Origin: Candidatus Cloacimonadota bacterium
GTDB taxonomy: Bacteria; Cloacimonadota; Cloacimonadia; G963667145
NCBI GenBank assembly: GCA_963676615.1
Contig: OY781092.1
Span: 129,413 to 193,412, forward strand
Direction: 5' to 3'
DNA length: 64,000 bases
Shown here: positions 37,323-48,000 of the stretch, piece after piece
Position numbering within the stretch: the first letter of the stretch is position 1
Layout: every line of letters starts with the position of its first letter
Notes under the pieces: generated by a model
The model's input: the letters and a program-made list of their open reading frames with translations, nothing else
The model's database searches: none
What the model was told of the DNA's origin: nothing
Program-made: the position numbers and the translations under genes

Positions 37323-39197
37323 ATGAGCAACAAAAATCAAAATAAATTGCCTGAGTTCAAAAAACCAAATATTACCCTGATAATTTTGTTTATTTTTGCG
37401 GGACTGCTGTTTTATCAGTTTTTTTTCGCGGTGGATAAAAGCGCTCGGGAAGTCAGCTATTCCACATTTATACAGATGAGTAGCTCTGGGCAGGTGCTTT
37501 CTGCCAGTTTTGACGAAAAAGATGTGATTTTTACGACCAGCGACGGCGGGAAATATTCTACTTATTTGCCGTTTCGGGACCCGAATTTGGTGGAAAAATT
37601 GCAGGCGCAAGGGGTTAATATCTCTTCGCACAAGCCTTCTTTTTTTGCGTCGGCGGTCTTGTCTTGGCTTCCGTTTTTGGTGTTTATTTTTATTTGGATT
37701 TTTTTGATGCGTTCGATGGGTGGCGGCGGCAAAGCTTTTAGTTTTGGCAAGAACAAAGCCCAGCTGGTAAACAAAGAGGATATTAAAACGACTTTTGACG
37801 ATGTGGCTGGGATTGACGAGGCAAAAGGCGAGCTGGAGGAGATTGTCGATTTCCTCAAAGATCCCGAAAAATTTTTGTCGGTCGGTGGCAGAATTCCGCG
37901 TGGAGTGCTGTTGCAGGGGCATCCCGGAACGGGAAAAACGCTTTTGGCGAGAGCTGTGGCTGGAGAGGCTGGAGTGCCTTTTTTTCGGATGAGCGGCTCT
38001 GATTTTGTGGAGATGTTTGTTGGTGTGGGAGCTTCGAGAGTGCGGAATCTTTTTGAATCGGCGAAAAAAAACTCGCCGTGTATCGCTTTTATCGATGAGA
38101 TTGACGCTGTCGGACGCCATCGTGGCACAGGTTTGGGTGGCGGACACGACGAGCGGGAGCAGACTCTCAACCAGCTTTTGGTGGAGATGGACGGTTTTAC
38201 TGAGAACGATTCGGTGATTATTATTGCCGCAACTAACCGTCCAGATGTTTTGGATCCTGCGCTTTTGCGTCCCGGCAGGTTTGATCGCCAAGTGACGGTC
38301 GATTTGCCCGACATCAGAGGTCGAGAGGCTATCCTCAAAGTTCATGCGAAGAAGATAAAGATGCAAGAGGGTTTGAGTTTTTCGACGATTGCCAGAGCCA
38401 CGGCTGGTTTTTCTGGTGCAGATTTGGCGAATTTGCTCAACGAGGCGGCTTTGATTACAGCAGGAAGGGGCAGCAAAGAGGTGACGCTTGCGGAGGTGGA
38501 GGAGGCGAAAGACAAGATTATTTTGGGCAAAGAGAAAAAGAGCAAGGTGATTTCGGAGGAGGAGAAGCGGATAACGGCTTATCACGAGATTGGGCATGTG
38601 ATTACCTCGATTTGTTTGCCGTTTACCGACCCGCTGCACAAAGTGTCGATTATTCCGCGCGGATTTACCGCAGGGGCGACGCACTATTTGCAGACCGACC
38701 GCAGTAACTATTCCAAAGATTATCTGAAGCAGATGTTGGTGCAGCTTTTGGGCGGACGAGCCGCAGAGGAACTGAAGTTTGAGTCGATAACCACTGGCGC
38801 CAGCAGCGATATTGCCAGAGCGACAGACATTGCTAAAAAAATGACTTGCTCTTGGGGAATGAGTGATTTTTTTGGTCCGATGGCGATAAATCGAGAGCAA
38901 GAGCAAACTTTTTTGGGTAAAGAGCTTGCGCATCACGACTCCATTAGTCAGTATCTGAGCGAAAAAGCGGATCAGCAAATTCTCGATTTTGTCTCGGAAG
39001 CTTATAAAACGGCGAAAGATATTTTGCAAAAACAGGAGAAAATGTTGGTGAGTTTGTCCGAAGAACTTTTGAAGAAAGAGACTTTGGAACTGGACGAGAT
39101 TTTTGACATCTGTTTTGAGCAAGCCACGCAGGATAGCAAAGAGCTTTTGCACGAGAAATACAAAAAGGCGAAAGAGCTGACAATAAGTGCCGATTAG
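37323..39197 (+). CDS. ftsH: ATP-dependent zinc metalloprotease FtsH
   Basis: N-terminal TM helices. AAA Walker [24 protein letters not shown]. Zinc site HEIGHV. 624 aa. Confidence 0.95.
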   Translation: MSNKNQNKLPEFKKPNITLIILFIFAGLLFYQFFFAVDKSAREVSYSTFIQMSSSGQVLSASFDEKDVIFTTSDGGKYSTYLPFRDPNLVEKLQAQGVNISSHKPSFFASAVLSWLPFLVFIFIWIFLMRSMGGGGKAFSFGKNKAQLVNKEDIKTTFDDVAGIDEAKGELEEIVDFLKDPEKFLSVGGRIPRGVLLQGHPGTGKTLLARAVAGEAGVPFFRMSGSDFVEMFVGVGASRVRNLFESAKKNSPCIAFIDEIDAVGRHRGTGLGGGHDEREQTLNQLLVEMDGFTENDSVIIIAATNRPDVLDPALLRPGRFDRQVTVDLPDIRGREAILKVHAKKIKMQEGLSFSTIARATAGFSGADLANLLNEAALITAGRGSKEVTLAEVEEAKDKIILGKEKKSKVISEEEKRITAYHEIGHVITSICLPFTDPLHKVSIIPRGFTAGATHYLQTDRSNYSKDYLKQMLVQLLGGRAAEELKFESITTGASSDIARATDIAKKMTCSWGMSDFFGPMAINREQEQTFLGKELAHHDSISQYLSEKADQQILDFVSEAYKTAKDILQKQEKMLVSLSEELLKKETLELDEIFDICFEQATQDSKELLHEKYKKAKELTISAD

Positions 39198-39213
39198 TTT
39201 TTTAGAAAAAAGT

Positions 39214-39290
39214 GCCCCCGTAGCTCATCTGGATAGAGTGTTTGATTCCGGTTCAAAAAGTAGGAGGTTCGAATCCTCTCGGGGGTACCA
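39214..39290 (+). tRNA. tRNA-Arg (anticodon CCG)
   Basis: 77 nt. Acceptor gcccccg/cgggggt. Anticodon loop ttCCGgt. GTTCGAATC T-arm. CCA encoded. Confidence 0.8.
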
Positions 39291-39311
39291 TTTTTTTCTC
39301 TAGCGGCTTTT

Positions 39312-40088
39312 TTGGGGATTTTTTTTGGTATGCAATATTATAAAGATAAAGGCAAAATTTTTTTTCAAGTTGGGGTGATTTCTGCCCTGAGCTTGATAAT
39401 TCTCTTTTTTTCTTACGGCTGGATTACCAGAGCTTTTGCGCAGAGTAAATATGAGAAAATTTTGGTTGCTTTTCCGTCTGGAGGCGGTCTTTCGCAAGGT
39501 TCTGTCGTGTGTCTGCAGGGCGTTCCGCAAGGGTTTGTCGATAAAATCGATGTGACGCCAGAGGGAGTTGTGTTTGAGCTGAAGGCGGAGATTCCGTTTC
39601 CGCTGCGAGAGGGAAGCGCTTTTGTGGTGGAAGATGTGGATTTGATGGGCAACAAGCAGCTGAATATCGTGCCGAGTTTGCATGGCGCAGAGCTGGATTT
39701 GCAAAAGGTGCAAAAAGGGCAGGTGAAGATAACTTTTAACCGCTTTATCGCGCGGCTCAACGAGATTTTGGACGATTTGGAAGCTAAAAATGTGAACGCC
39801 GAAAAGTTGGGCGAGATTTTTGGCAGATTGGATGCAATCGCTAGTCAGGCGGAGATTGCTCTTGGCAGAGTTAACGCAAAAAACGGGCTGCTCCATCAGA
39901 CGCAAGCGGCGCTTTTGCAGACGAACGCTCTTTTGCAAAAATTGAACGAAAAGAACTCGACGCTGGGGAAATTTTTGTCCGACACGATTCTTTATGAGCA
40001 AGTGGTGACCAGCACCAAGCGGGTGGATTCGCTTCTGATTGATGTTAAGGCAAATCCGACTAAATATTTTAAGATTGAAGTTTTTTAG
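39312..40088 (+). CDS. MCE/MlaD-domain protein
   Basis: N-terminal TM segment. GSVVCLQGVPQGFVDKIDV...VDLMGNKQLNIVP resembles the Mce/MlaD domain core. Confidence 0.5.
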   Translation: MGIFFGMQYYKDKGKIFFQVGVISALSLIILFFSYGWITRAFAQSKYEKILVAFPSGGGLSQGSVVCLQGVPQGFVDKIDVTPEGVVFELKAEIPFPLREGSAFVVEDVDLMGNKQLNIVPSLHGAELDLQKVQKGQVKITFNRFIARLNEILDDLEAKNVNAEKLGEIFGRLDAIASQAEIALGRVNAKNGLLHQTQAALLQTNALLQKLNEKNSTLGKFLSDTILYEQVVTSTKRVDSLLIDVKANPTKYFKIEVF

Positions 40089-42554
40089 ATGAGAAAAGTT
40101 TTTGCCAGCTTTTTAATCGTTTTGGGGTGCTTAAATTTTGCGTTTGCGCAAACTACCACGCCAGAGTCGGCGCTTTTGTTGCCGGGCAAACAGATGAGTT
40201 CTGTGGGAAATTCGGTCAACATCTCGATGGCGAGCGACTCGATTTCCTACATTGCAAACGATATGTTTTACGATGTCGTTTTTTCGCAGGCAAATCTTTA
40301 TGGCGATGTGCAGATTACTTCGGGCAGCTCGATTTTGCGCTCGGACACGATTACGATCAATTTGCAAAGCAACATAATGAGCTCGCACGGCGTCACTTAT
40401 ATCAAAGATCAAAACAGCTGTATGATTGGGCACGATGTTTGGGTGAATCCCAAAAAAGAGTGGGCGCTGTTCCTCAAGGGTGCCGGCAAAATCGATGTTG
40501 GCTACTATTACGGCAGCCAGGTGCGGCAGGTAAAGAACGGCGTTTACGATATCGATAACGGGATGTTCACCACTTGCGATGCGCCCGATCATCATTTTGA
40601 TATCTATTCCACGCAAATGCGGATCTATCGCGGACAGATGGTGGTGATGAAGCCGGTGGTGATTTTGGTGAACCACTTCCCGATTTTTGCGCTGCCCTCA
40701 TACTCTTTTTCGATTGCGCGCGGCAAGCAAAACGGCTTTTTGATGCCGACTCCGGGGCGGAACTCTACCGACGGAAAATATCTGGAAAATATCGGCTACT
40801 ACCTTTATTTCGAAGATTACTGGGACGGCATCATCAAGATGAATATCCGCGAAAATACGGGCATTGACGGCGAATTTCACACGCAATACAAAAAGCGCTA
40901 CGAGTTTGAGGGGCATTTGGACATTAGCCAAAAAAGGACGCTCAGCGATGCGGGAACTGCCTCGAAATACGAGGGCGAGTATCATTTTGAGCACGACCAA
41001 AATTTTGACGACGGCGCAACGCTCTATGCTGACGCAAACTACTATTCCAGCAAAGAGCTTTTGGAGGAGTCTAGCGATATCAACACTCGCACCAAAGAAA
41101 AAATCGACTCGAAAATAAATTACAGTCGCCCATTTTTGAGCAGCATTCTGAATGTTAACGGCAAATATACTCACGATTTGCAAACCGAGGCGAAGACGAT
41201 AACTTTGCCCGAAGTCTCTTATACGCTGACTTCTCGACCAGTTTGGGAGGTTTTTCAGGATGTTGCGCCGACGGACGATCCGTGGTGGGAAGATTTCAGC
41301 TACGCCTTTCGATTTAACGCCGTGCAAAAAGGGGTGATCAACGACTCTTCGTCCAGTTTTGCCGATGTGGTCTGGGAGTCCAAACGCGACACCAGCGGCG
41401 ATATGATAAATTCGCACTCGGCTGGCACACGGCAAGAGCTGGACTTTTCGTATTCCCACAAATTTTGGAATTGGCTGACATTTAGCCAAAGCGTGCCGCT
41501 GAAATTTGCCTATTCGAGTTCGGAAATTAACTACGAGAAATTCAAATCTTCGCACCAATACAGCTACTCAAACGACTTGGGTTTCGATATTGTCGGCTTC
41601 CGCAATTTTGGCGATTTCTACCTGAAAGGAATTCGCCACACAATCGGCATCTCGACCAGCTTTGACTATACGCCAGAGATAAAAAACACCGCCACAGGTG
41701 ATTACGCGCTTGGTGCAACTAGCGAGAGCAAAGCTTCCAAGCTGAATTTTAGCAACACTTGGGACTTGAAACTTAATCCTCCTGGCAAAACGGATAAGCT
41801 CTTGCTGAACAGCATTTTAACGGCAAAAACTGCCTACAATTTGTATAACGACGACACAGAGATTGAGGGCACCTGGGACGATATTATTTGGACAGGCAAA
41901 TTGGACGGACAAAAGCTGATACCTGCGGCAACTTTTGTGAATAAGGCGCTGGAATGGACTTATCTTTCCAAATGGTTGTCGTATTCGCTGACCAACCAAA
42001 ACACCGCTTCGGCGACTCAAGACCCCTACAATTTTGAGCTGGAAGAGTGGGAGTATAAGGTGCCGCTGAACAACTCGCTGAAGTTTAGTTTTTCGCAATC
42101 CAAGAAAATCCGCTATTTCAACTATTCGCCCGCAAAATACAATATGTTTGAGCTGAACAAGTTTTTTAACAACGGGCCGCCAGCTAAACGGCATAACTAT
42201 CTGTTGCAGGACAACAGCATCAGCACGGGCATCAGCTATACGCACAACATCGTCGGGCAGCAGGCAAAAGGCACGGGCTATCACAAAACGATTGACTACA
42301 CGCTGGATATGACTTGCGGGGCAAAAATTTTCTTGTCCAAAACTTGGCATTTGGAGTATTCCAACTCGATCGACCTCAAGGAGCGGGACCTGGTGAAGCA
42401 GACTTTTTCGGCGGTTAAACACCTGCACTGCTGGGATTTCACCTTTTCGTATATCAAAGAGGGCTCGTTTTGGGAGTATAAATTTTTGTTCTTTAACATC
42501 AAGTTGCCTAACGACCTGAAGCACGAGGAAGAGGGCGATTCCAACGATGACTAA
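40089..42554 (+). CDS. lptD: LPS-assembly outer-membrane protein LptD
   Basis: Signal peptide. OstA-like N-domain with GDVQITSGSSILRSDTI. Conserved FTTCD...P.YSFSIARGKQNGFLMPTPG region. 821-aa barrel-sized protein. Confidence 0.7.
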   Translation: MRKVFASFLIVLGCLNFAFAQTTTPESALLLPGKQMSSVGNSVNISMASDSISYIANDMFYDVVFSQANLYGDVQITSGSSILRSDTITINLQSNIMSSHGVTYIKDQNSCMIGHDVWVNPKKEWALFLKGAGKIDVGYYYGSQVRQVKNGVYDIDNGMFTTCDAPDHHFDIYSTQMRIYRGQMVVMKPVVILVNHFPIFALPSYSFSIARGKQNGFLMPTPGRNSTDGKYLENIGYYLYFEDYWDGIIKMNIRENTGIDGEFHTQYKKRYEFEGHLDISQKRTLSDAGTASKYEGEYHFEHDQNFDDGATLYADANYYSSKELLEESSDINTRTKEKIDSKINYSRPFLSSILNVNGKYTHDLQTEAKTITLPEVSYTLTSRPVWEVFQDVAPTDDPWWEDFSYAFRFNAVQKGVINDSSSSFADVVWESKRDTSGDMINSHSAGTRQELDFSYSHKFWNWLTFSQSVPLKFAYSSSEINYEKFKSSHQYSYSNDLGFDIVGFRNFGDFYLKGIRHTIGISTSFDYTPEIKNTATGDYALGATSESKASKLNFSNTWDLKLNPPGKTDKLLLNSILTAKTAYNLYNDDTEIEGTWDDIIWTGKLDGQKLIPAATFVNKALEWTYLSKWLSYSLTNQNTASATQDPYNFELEEWEYKVPLNNSLKFSFSQSKKIRYFNYSPAKYNMFELNKFFNNGPPAKRHNYLLQDNSISTGISYTHNIVGQQAKGTGYHKTIDYTLDMTCGAKIFLSKTWHLEYSNSIDLKERDLVKQTFSAVKHLHCWDFTFSYIKEGSFWEYKFLFFNIKLPNDLKHEEEGDSNDD

Positions 42555-43134
42555 AGCGGTTTTTTTGGACAGAGACGGCACGCTAAATCCAGATGAGCGG
42601 GGGTATATCGCCTCGCCAGAAGATTTTGAGCTGTATCCGTTTAGTGCTGCGGCGGTGAAAATTTTTGCCGATTTGGGCTTCAAAGTTTTTGTGATAACCA
42701 ACCAGTCGGGCATAGCGCGCGGACTGTATAGTGCAGCAGATTTGCAGGCGGTGCATAGCAAAATGCTCGCGCAGTTGCAGCAAGGCGGAGCGACGCTTGA
42801 CGAAGTTTTGCACTGTCCGCATCATCCGCAAGGCACAGTGCCGCAATTGAGTGTGAAGTGTCAGTGTCGCAAGCCGGGAAATCTCTTTTTTCGGCAGTTG
42901 CAAAAAAAATATTCTCTGCGAGCTAGGGCGTCTTTTATGATTGGAGACAAGGCGTCGGACATTGGTTTTGGCAAAAATAGCGGCTTGCAAACTATCTTGG
43001 TGCGCACTGGCGAGGGCGAGCAGACTTTTCGTGCGGGTAATGCAAACCCCGATTTTGTCGTGGACGATTTGCTGGCAGCGGCGAAGCTCATCAAACGATT
43101 GAGTGCGCAAGAAGCGGGCGATTATGCCAGATAG
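42547..43134 (+). CDS. gmhB: D,D-heptose 1,7-bisphosphate phosphatase (HAD, histidinol-phosphatase-like)
   Basis: AVFLDRDGTLN HAD motif I. CPHHPQG...C.CRKP zinc-binding loop typical of GmhB. Confidence 0.7.
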   Translation: MTKAVFLDRDGTLNPDERGYIASPEDFELYPFSAAAVKIFADLGFKVFVITNQSGIARGLYSAADLQAVHSKMLAQLQQGGATLDEVLHCPHHPQGTVPQLSVKCQCRKPGNLFFRQLQKKYSLRARASFMIGDKASDIGFGKNSGLQTILVRTGEGEQTFRAGNANPDFVVDDLLAAAKLIKRLSAQEAGDYAR

Positions 43135-43780
43135 GAAGCCGCCGTCCGCTTTCGATTTCGAGAAAATTTTTGCCGTTTTGGCGGAATATTACGCAAATTG
43201 TGAGGCTGCGGTCAAAAAATTTGAGCAGGTATCGGCAGCCACGCCGCTTCAGATTTTGATTGCGGCGATGCTCTCGGCTCGCACGAACGACCGCACGACG
43301 ACGAAAGTGATGAGCGACTGGGGGATAGAGCGGCTGGAGCAGCTGCAGGGGCTGTCGGCGCAGGAGCTGGAGAAAATCGTCTATCCAGTGGGATTCTACA
43401 AGCAAAAGGCACTGCACTTGAGCAAATGGTGTGAGCATATCGAAAAACATTTTGGCGGCAAATTACCCACAAATCGCCAGCAGACGATGAGTTTGCCCGG
43501 TGTGGGGCTAAAGACCGCAAATCTTTATCTTTCTCGGGCGTATGGCTTGCCGTTTGTTTGCGTGGATATTCATGTGCATCGGATTTGCGGGCGGCTTGGA
43601 CTGACTTCGTATAAAACTCCACAGCAGACAGAAAAAGAGCTGAGTCGAATTTTGCCCAAGAAGTTTATCAGCGACGCTAATCGTTATTTTGTCGCTCTGG
43701 GGCAAACTTTGTGCAAAGCTCAAAAAACCGACTGCGAAAATTGTCCTCTGAGCGAATTTTGCGCGAGAATAGGAGTGTAA
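43124..43780 (+). CDS. nth: endonuclease III (HhH-GPD glycosylase with 4Fe-4S loop)
   Basis: LPGVGLKTANLYL...VCVDIHVHRI (Lys/Asp catalytic pair conserved). C-terminal Cx6Cx2Cx5C cluster. Confidence 0.7.
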   Translation: MPDRKPPSAFDFEKIFAVLAEYYANCEAAVKKFEQVSAATPLQILIAAMLSARTNDRTTTKVMSDWGIERLEQLQGLSAQELEKIVYPVGFYKQKALHLSKWCEHIEKHFGGKLPTNRQQTMSLPGVGLKTANLYLSRAYGLPFVCVDIHVHRICGRLGLTSYKTPQQTEKELSRILPKKFISDANRYFVALGQTLCKAQKTDCENCPLSEFCARIGV

Positions 43781-44566
43781 ATGGTTGGAATTTTGGTATT
43801 TTATGGGGAAAATCGAAAAGTGCTATTGAAGGCGATTTGCCAAAATTTGGAAAAAAGCAAAGAGCGATATTTGAACTCAGAAAATCATAGAGAGTTGCAA
43901 CAAAAAATTGTGCAGGTGGAGCAAAAGCCTTTTCCGACGCTGCTTGAGGCGCTGGTGCATTTTAAAAGCTTGCCCGAAGGGGAGGTCAAGCAGTTTGCGC
44001 AGTATCGCTATCTTTGTTTGGATTGTGAGGGCGTGCCGTGTTTGTCTTCTGCCAGCGACACTTTGGCGGCGAGCAAAGATTTTGTGGGACCGTTTCGCAA
44101 TCTTTTTTTTATTTCCGATTTTACCGATAAGTTCGCCCAGCGCTACGATTTGCCTGCGTTGAGCCAAGAGCGGATGTGCGAAAATATTTTGGATTTTTAT
44201 CTGGACGAAAAAGTTTGGCAGGAGTGCAAAAACGAGCTGGACGATCTAGAAAATCGGCTGGATTTTGCCAAAGCGGAAATTCTTGCGCAAGATTTGCAGC
44301 CGTTGCGGCGATATTTCGAGTATTTGCAGTTTATTCGCACTAGTAAAAATCTTTGCTTCTCTTGCTCTTGGCAAGGAGCAGATTTGCAGGTGAAAGACGG
44401 ACTTTTACAAAAGTTTGGCGATTTGCGTTTTCGGCTGGATTATCGCCCGATGGAGTATCAAAAAAGCGAGCAAAACGCTTTGCCGCTGGACGAGCTGGAT
44501 GAGCGGGAGATTGTGTATCGCTTTTGGCAGGAGTTGGGCGAGCAGAGTGCTCATTTGCGAAGTTAA
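43781..44566 (+). CDS. hypothetical protein
   Basis: 261-aa ORF with no recognised motif. Tightly follows nth. Confidence 0.3.
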   Translation: MVGILVFYGENRKVLLKAICQNLEKSKERYLNSENHRELQQKIVQVEQKPFPTLLEALVHFKSLPEGEVKQFAQYRYLCLDCEGVPCLSSASDTLAASKDFVGPFRNLFFISDFTDKFAQRYDLPALSQERMCENILDFYLDEKVWQECKNELDDLENRLDFAKAEILAQDLQPLRRYFEYLQFIRTSKNLCFSCSWQGADLQVKDGLLQKFGDLRFRLDYRPMEYQKSEQNALPLDELDEREIVYRFWQELGEQSAHLRS

Positions 44567-44581
44567 TATTTTTCGTTTTCT

Positions 44582-45010
44582 TCATTCGTATGCGACTAAA
44601 TTTATATTTAAAGTCTCGCTGCGGTAAGTTTTTAGGGAGTCGCTGCTAATATCAATATTTTCCGTTTTATAGTCAGCTTTGAAGATAGAGAGTTGGTAGC
44701 TGGGCGCGATTTTGGCGAGCACTTTGTTGACGGCAGCTTGCAGAATAACAACGCTGGTGTCGTTGATGCCGCCAGCGACGATGGTTAGCTCTGCGTCGGT
44801 CGGTTGTCCGACAGAGTCTCGGACGCAAATATAAAACTGGTTGCTTGAGGTCGTGTCGATGATGATGTCGGTCTCTGGTGGGATTTTGTCTTCTTCGTCT
44901 TCTTCGGGAGCAGGCGCTGTGGTCGTTCCGCCGCCGCTGCTACCCCCGCCGCAAGCGCAAAAGCCGATTATGATTGCCAGCATTAGTAGTAGCTTGATGA
45001 ATTTTTTCAC
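44582..45010 (-). CDS. small lipoprotein
   Basis: Signal plus lipobox (IIGFCAC) followed by a Gly/Ser/Thr-rich linker. Immediately downstream of, and co-directional with, the giant repeat gene. Confidence 0.5.
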   Translation of the reverse strand: MKKFIKLLLMLAIIIGFCACGGGSSGGGTTTAPAPEEDEEDKIPPETDIIIDTTSSNQFYICVRDSVGQPTDAELTIVAGGINDTSVVILQAAVNKVLAKIAPSYQLSIFKADYKTENIDISSDSLKTYRSETLNINLVAYE

Positions 45011-45034
45011 TGTGTTCTCCTCAAAAAAACTTTT

Positions 45035-48000
45035 TTAATTTTGATCATAGTTTGGTAACCAGTCTGGGTCTGGCACATAGTCTTCGTATTTTTGAAATTC
45101 GAGGTATGGATCGAAGTCTGCGGGGTCTGCGCTGAAGCGTGGTTTGTAGTTTTCTTGCCAGGCTGGCGTGTTTTCTTGATACCACGAATAGTTGCCGCCT
45201 ACGCTGACGAGTTTTGCTGTCCAGGTGTTCAAAGGTTGGTTAAACGACTGTGCGCCCTGGAACATACAGAACATATCGTCGACATTGGTGACATCCCAAT
45301 TGTCCAAAGGTTGGTTGAAAGATTTGGCTTTGTAGAACATTGCCCTTGCCCTTTTTAGTTCGGAGACATTCCACTTGTCCAGTGGCTGATTGAAGGCGTA
45401 TGCTCGCAAAAATACTGTGCTCATTTTTGTGACATGCTGCACATCCCAGTCGTTGATGTTTTGGTTAAACGAAAAAGCACGGCGGAAGGCACTGTCCATT
45501 CTATCAAACCAATCGTCTTTATTTCTAGTTTCGTTATAGCGGGTGTTGAATTTCCAGCTGTTAATCGGCTGATTGAAGCGAAAAGCGCCCCAAAACATTC
45601 CGTAAATCGTTGTGACGCTGCCCATATCCCATTTGTCGAGTGGTTGGTTAAATTCGTATGCGTCGCAAAAAGTCGATGCCATTTTTTTTACATTGCCCAC
45701 ATCCCAGTTGTTGATGTTTTGGTTGAACACTTCTGCGTGGTAGAATGTGTAGGTCATATCGGTGACATTGCTCACATCCCAATAGCTGATGTCTTGGTTA
45801 AAGGAGGAATTTGGAGAAGAGACGCCCTCGCATTCGGTTGGGTGATCTTCCCAGTATTCTTGGGCGTCGGGGATTAGGTTTCTCAAGCTTGTGATTTGGC
45901 TGGTGTTGACATAGCGGACATCTTCGCCTTTGGCAATTTTTTTGATAAGTTCATCGAAGGTAATCGGCGGCACGAGCGCTCTTGGTTTTTCCTGAACTCC
46001 CCAATCGCTGCGAGTTATGTAGTCGAAATCGGCGAGGTTTGCATCTTGGGAAATATCCCAGTTTATCAGATTTTGTCGGAAAGAAGAGGCGCCATGGAAC
46101 ATACTTCTGGCGGTGGTAACGCTGCTGACATTCCATCTAGTGATGTCTTGGTCGAACTTTCTGGCTTCATCGAACATATACTCCATATCGGTAACGCTGC
46201 TGACATCCCAGTTGCCGATGTAGCCATTAAAAGGGGTGCCCTTGAACATATAGCCCATCGATGTGACTTTGCTGACATCCCAAGAGGGAACATCGCCGTT
46301 GAAGTTGTAGGCGCCGTTGAACATTGCTCGCATATTCGTCACTTTGCTCACATTCCAGCTGTCGAGATTTTGGTTGAAGCTTTGCGCGCCAGCGAACATC
46401 TGGCTCATGCTGGTGACATTGCCGACATTCCAGCCATTTAGGGGTTGATTGAAAGATTTTGCGTAGGCGAACATTCCGTCCATATTGGTGACATTGCTCA
46501 CATCCCAGCTGATGACATCGGGGTCGTTGAAGTTTTGCACGGTCTGGCAGCTGAGGATAGTTTCCCCTTTTGCATCAGCGACAGCTTGCATCAGCCCAGA
46601 CATATCGCCAGCGAGCTTTAAGCCCGCTAAATCCATGCCAGCGACGATTTTTGCCACAAGTTCTTGTTTGCTTATCGGGAATTTTGGTCTTTCGAGCGCT
46701 GTCCAATTGGTGTTTTCTTCGCTAGCGAAATAGTCGAAATTTTGGATCTTGTCTACATTCCAGCGGCTGATATCTTGGTCAAAATTATAGGCTCCCACAA
46801 ATGTTCGTTCCATATTGATGGCGTTTGCTGTGTTCCAGCCTCCGATAGAGGATGAGCCGCCGTTGTTAAAAGCTGTGGCGCCAGCGAACATCCTGTTCAT
46901 ATCTGTTACATATGCCATATTCCAGCTGCCGATATCTTGGTTGAATTTGGTCGCTTCGGAGAACATTCCGCTGGTGTTGATCGGTGCGACATTTTTCCAG
47001 TTGCCGATTTCTCTGTTAAAACTAGAGGCTCCTCCGAACATATAGCGCATATTCCTGACATTTGCGACATCCCAGCCGCTGATATCTTGGTTGAATGCTC
47101 TGGCTTTATAGAACATAGATTCCATATCCGTAACATTGCTGACATTCCATTCACCGATTTCTTGGTTAAAATTGAACACCGGAGGGCAATCGTCTGCCGA
47201 GTATGTTGTGCCATGAATTTCGTTATATTTTTGAGTTACTTTGCTCATCAGAAAAGACATATCGGTGATGAATTGGACATCCGCCAGCGCAACATCGACA
47301 TTGTCTGCGATTAGTTCGATGAGTTTGTCGAGGGTGACGGGGAATTTGGGCATCTCGCTGAGTTTCCATTCATAGTTATGATCCCAAGAACAAAAACCGC
47401 CAAATTGTTTGATTTCGCCTCTTTGGGTAAACGCAGTTAGAGCGTCGGATGACCAGGCGGTGAGGTCTTGGTCGAAAACGGTGTTGTCGGCAAACATCAT
47501 AGTCAGGTCGGTTACCTGATCTATATCCCAATCGCTGATGTCTTGGTTAAAGTTGGTTTCCCTAAACATATAGCTCATATCTGTCACCAAACCAGTGTTC
47601 CAGTCTCCGATTGGTCTGTCAAAGGCGGTGGCTCCTTCAAACATATACGACATATCCGTGGCGTTAAAATTCCAAGTGTTGTTGCTTGTGTTGGCGTTTA
47701 TATCTTGGTTAAAAGATTTGGCGTTTCTGAACATTGCGCTGAGGTTTTTGACGCTTTGCAAGTTCCAAGTCCCGATGGCTTGGTTAAAGCTCTCTGCGCC
47801 GTCGAACATATGGCTCATATCGGTGACTTGGCTGGTTTTTTGTCCCCAATTGCCGATGTTTCCGTTGAATTTTTTCGCACCAGCGAACATCCCTTTCATA
47901 TTGGTAACGCCGCTGACATTCCAGCCGCCCAGCGGTTGGTCGAAGATGGTGTCGCTCTCGAACATATAGCTCATATCGGTTACATTTGCGACATTCCAGC

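Noticed and set aside
37299-39152. 617-aa minus-strand ORF antisense to ftsH
   Set aside because: Antisense to one of the best-supported genes in the window. Arg/Lys/His-rich low-complexity translation. No motifs.
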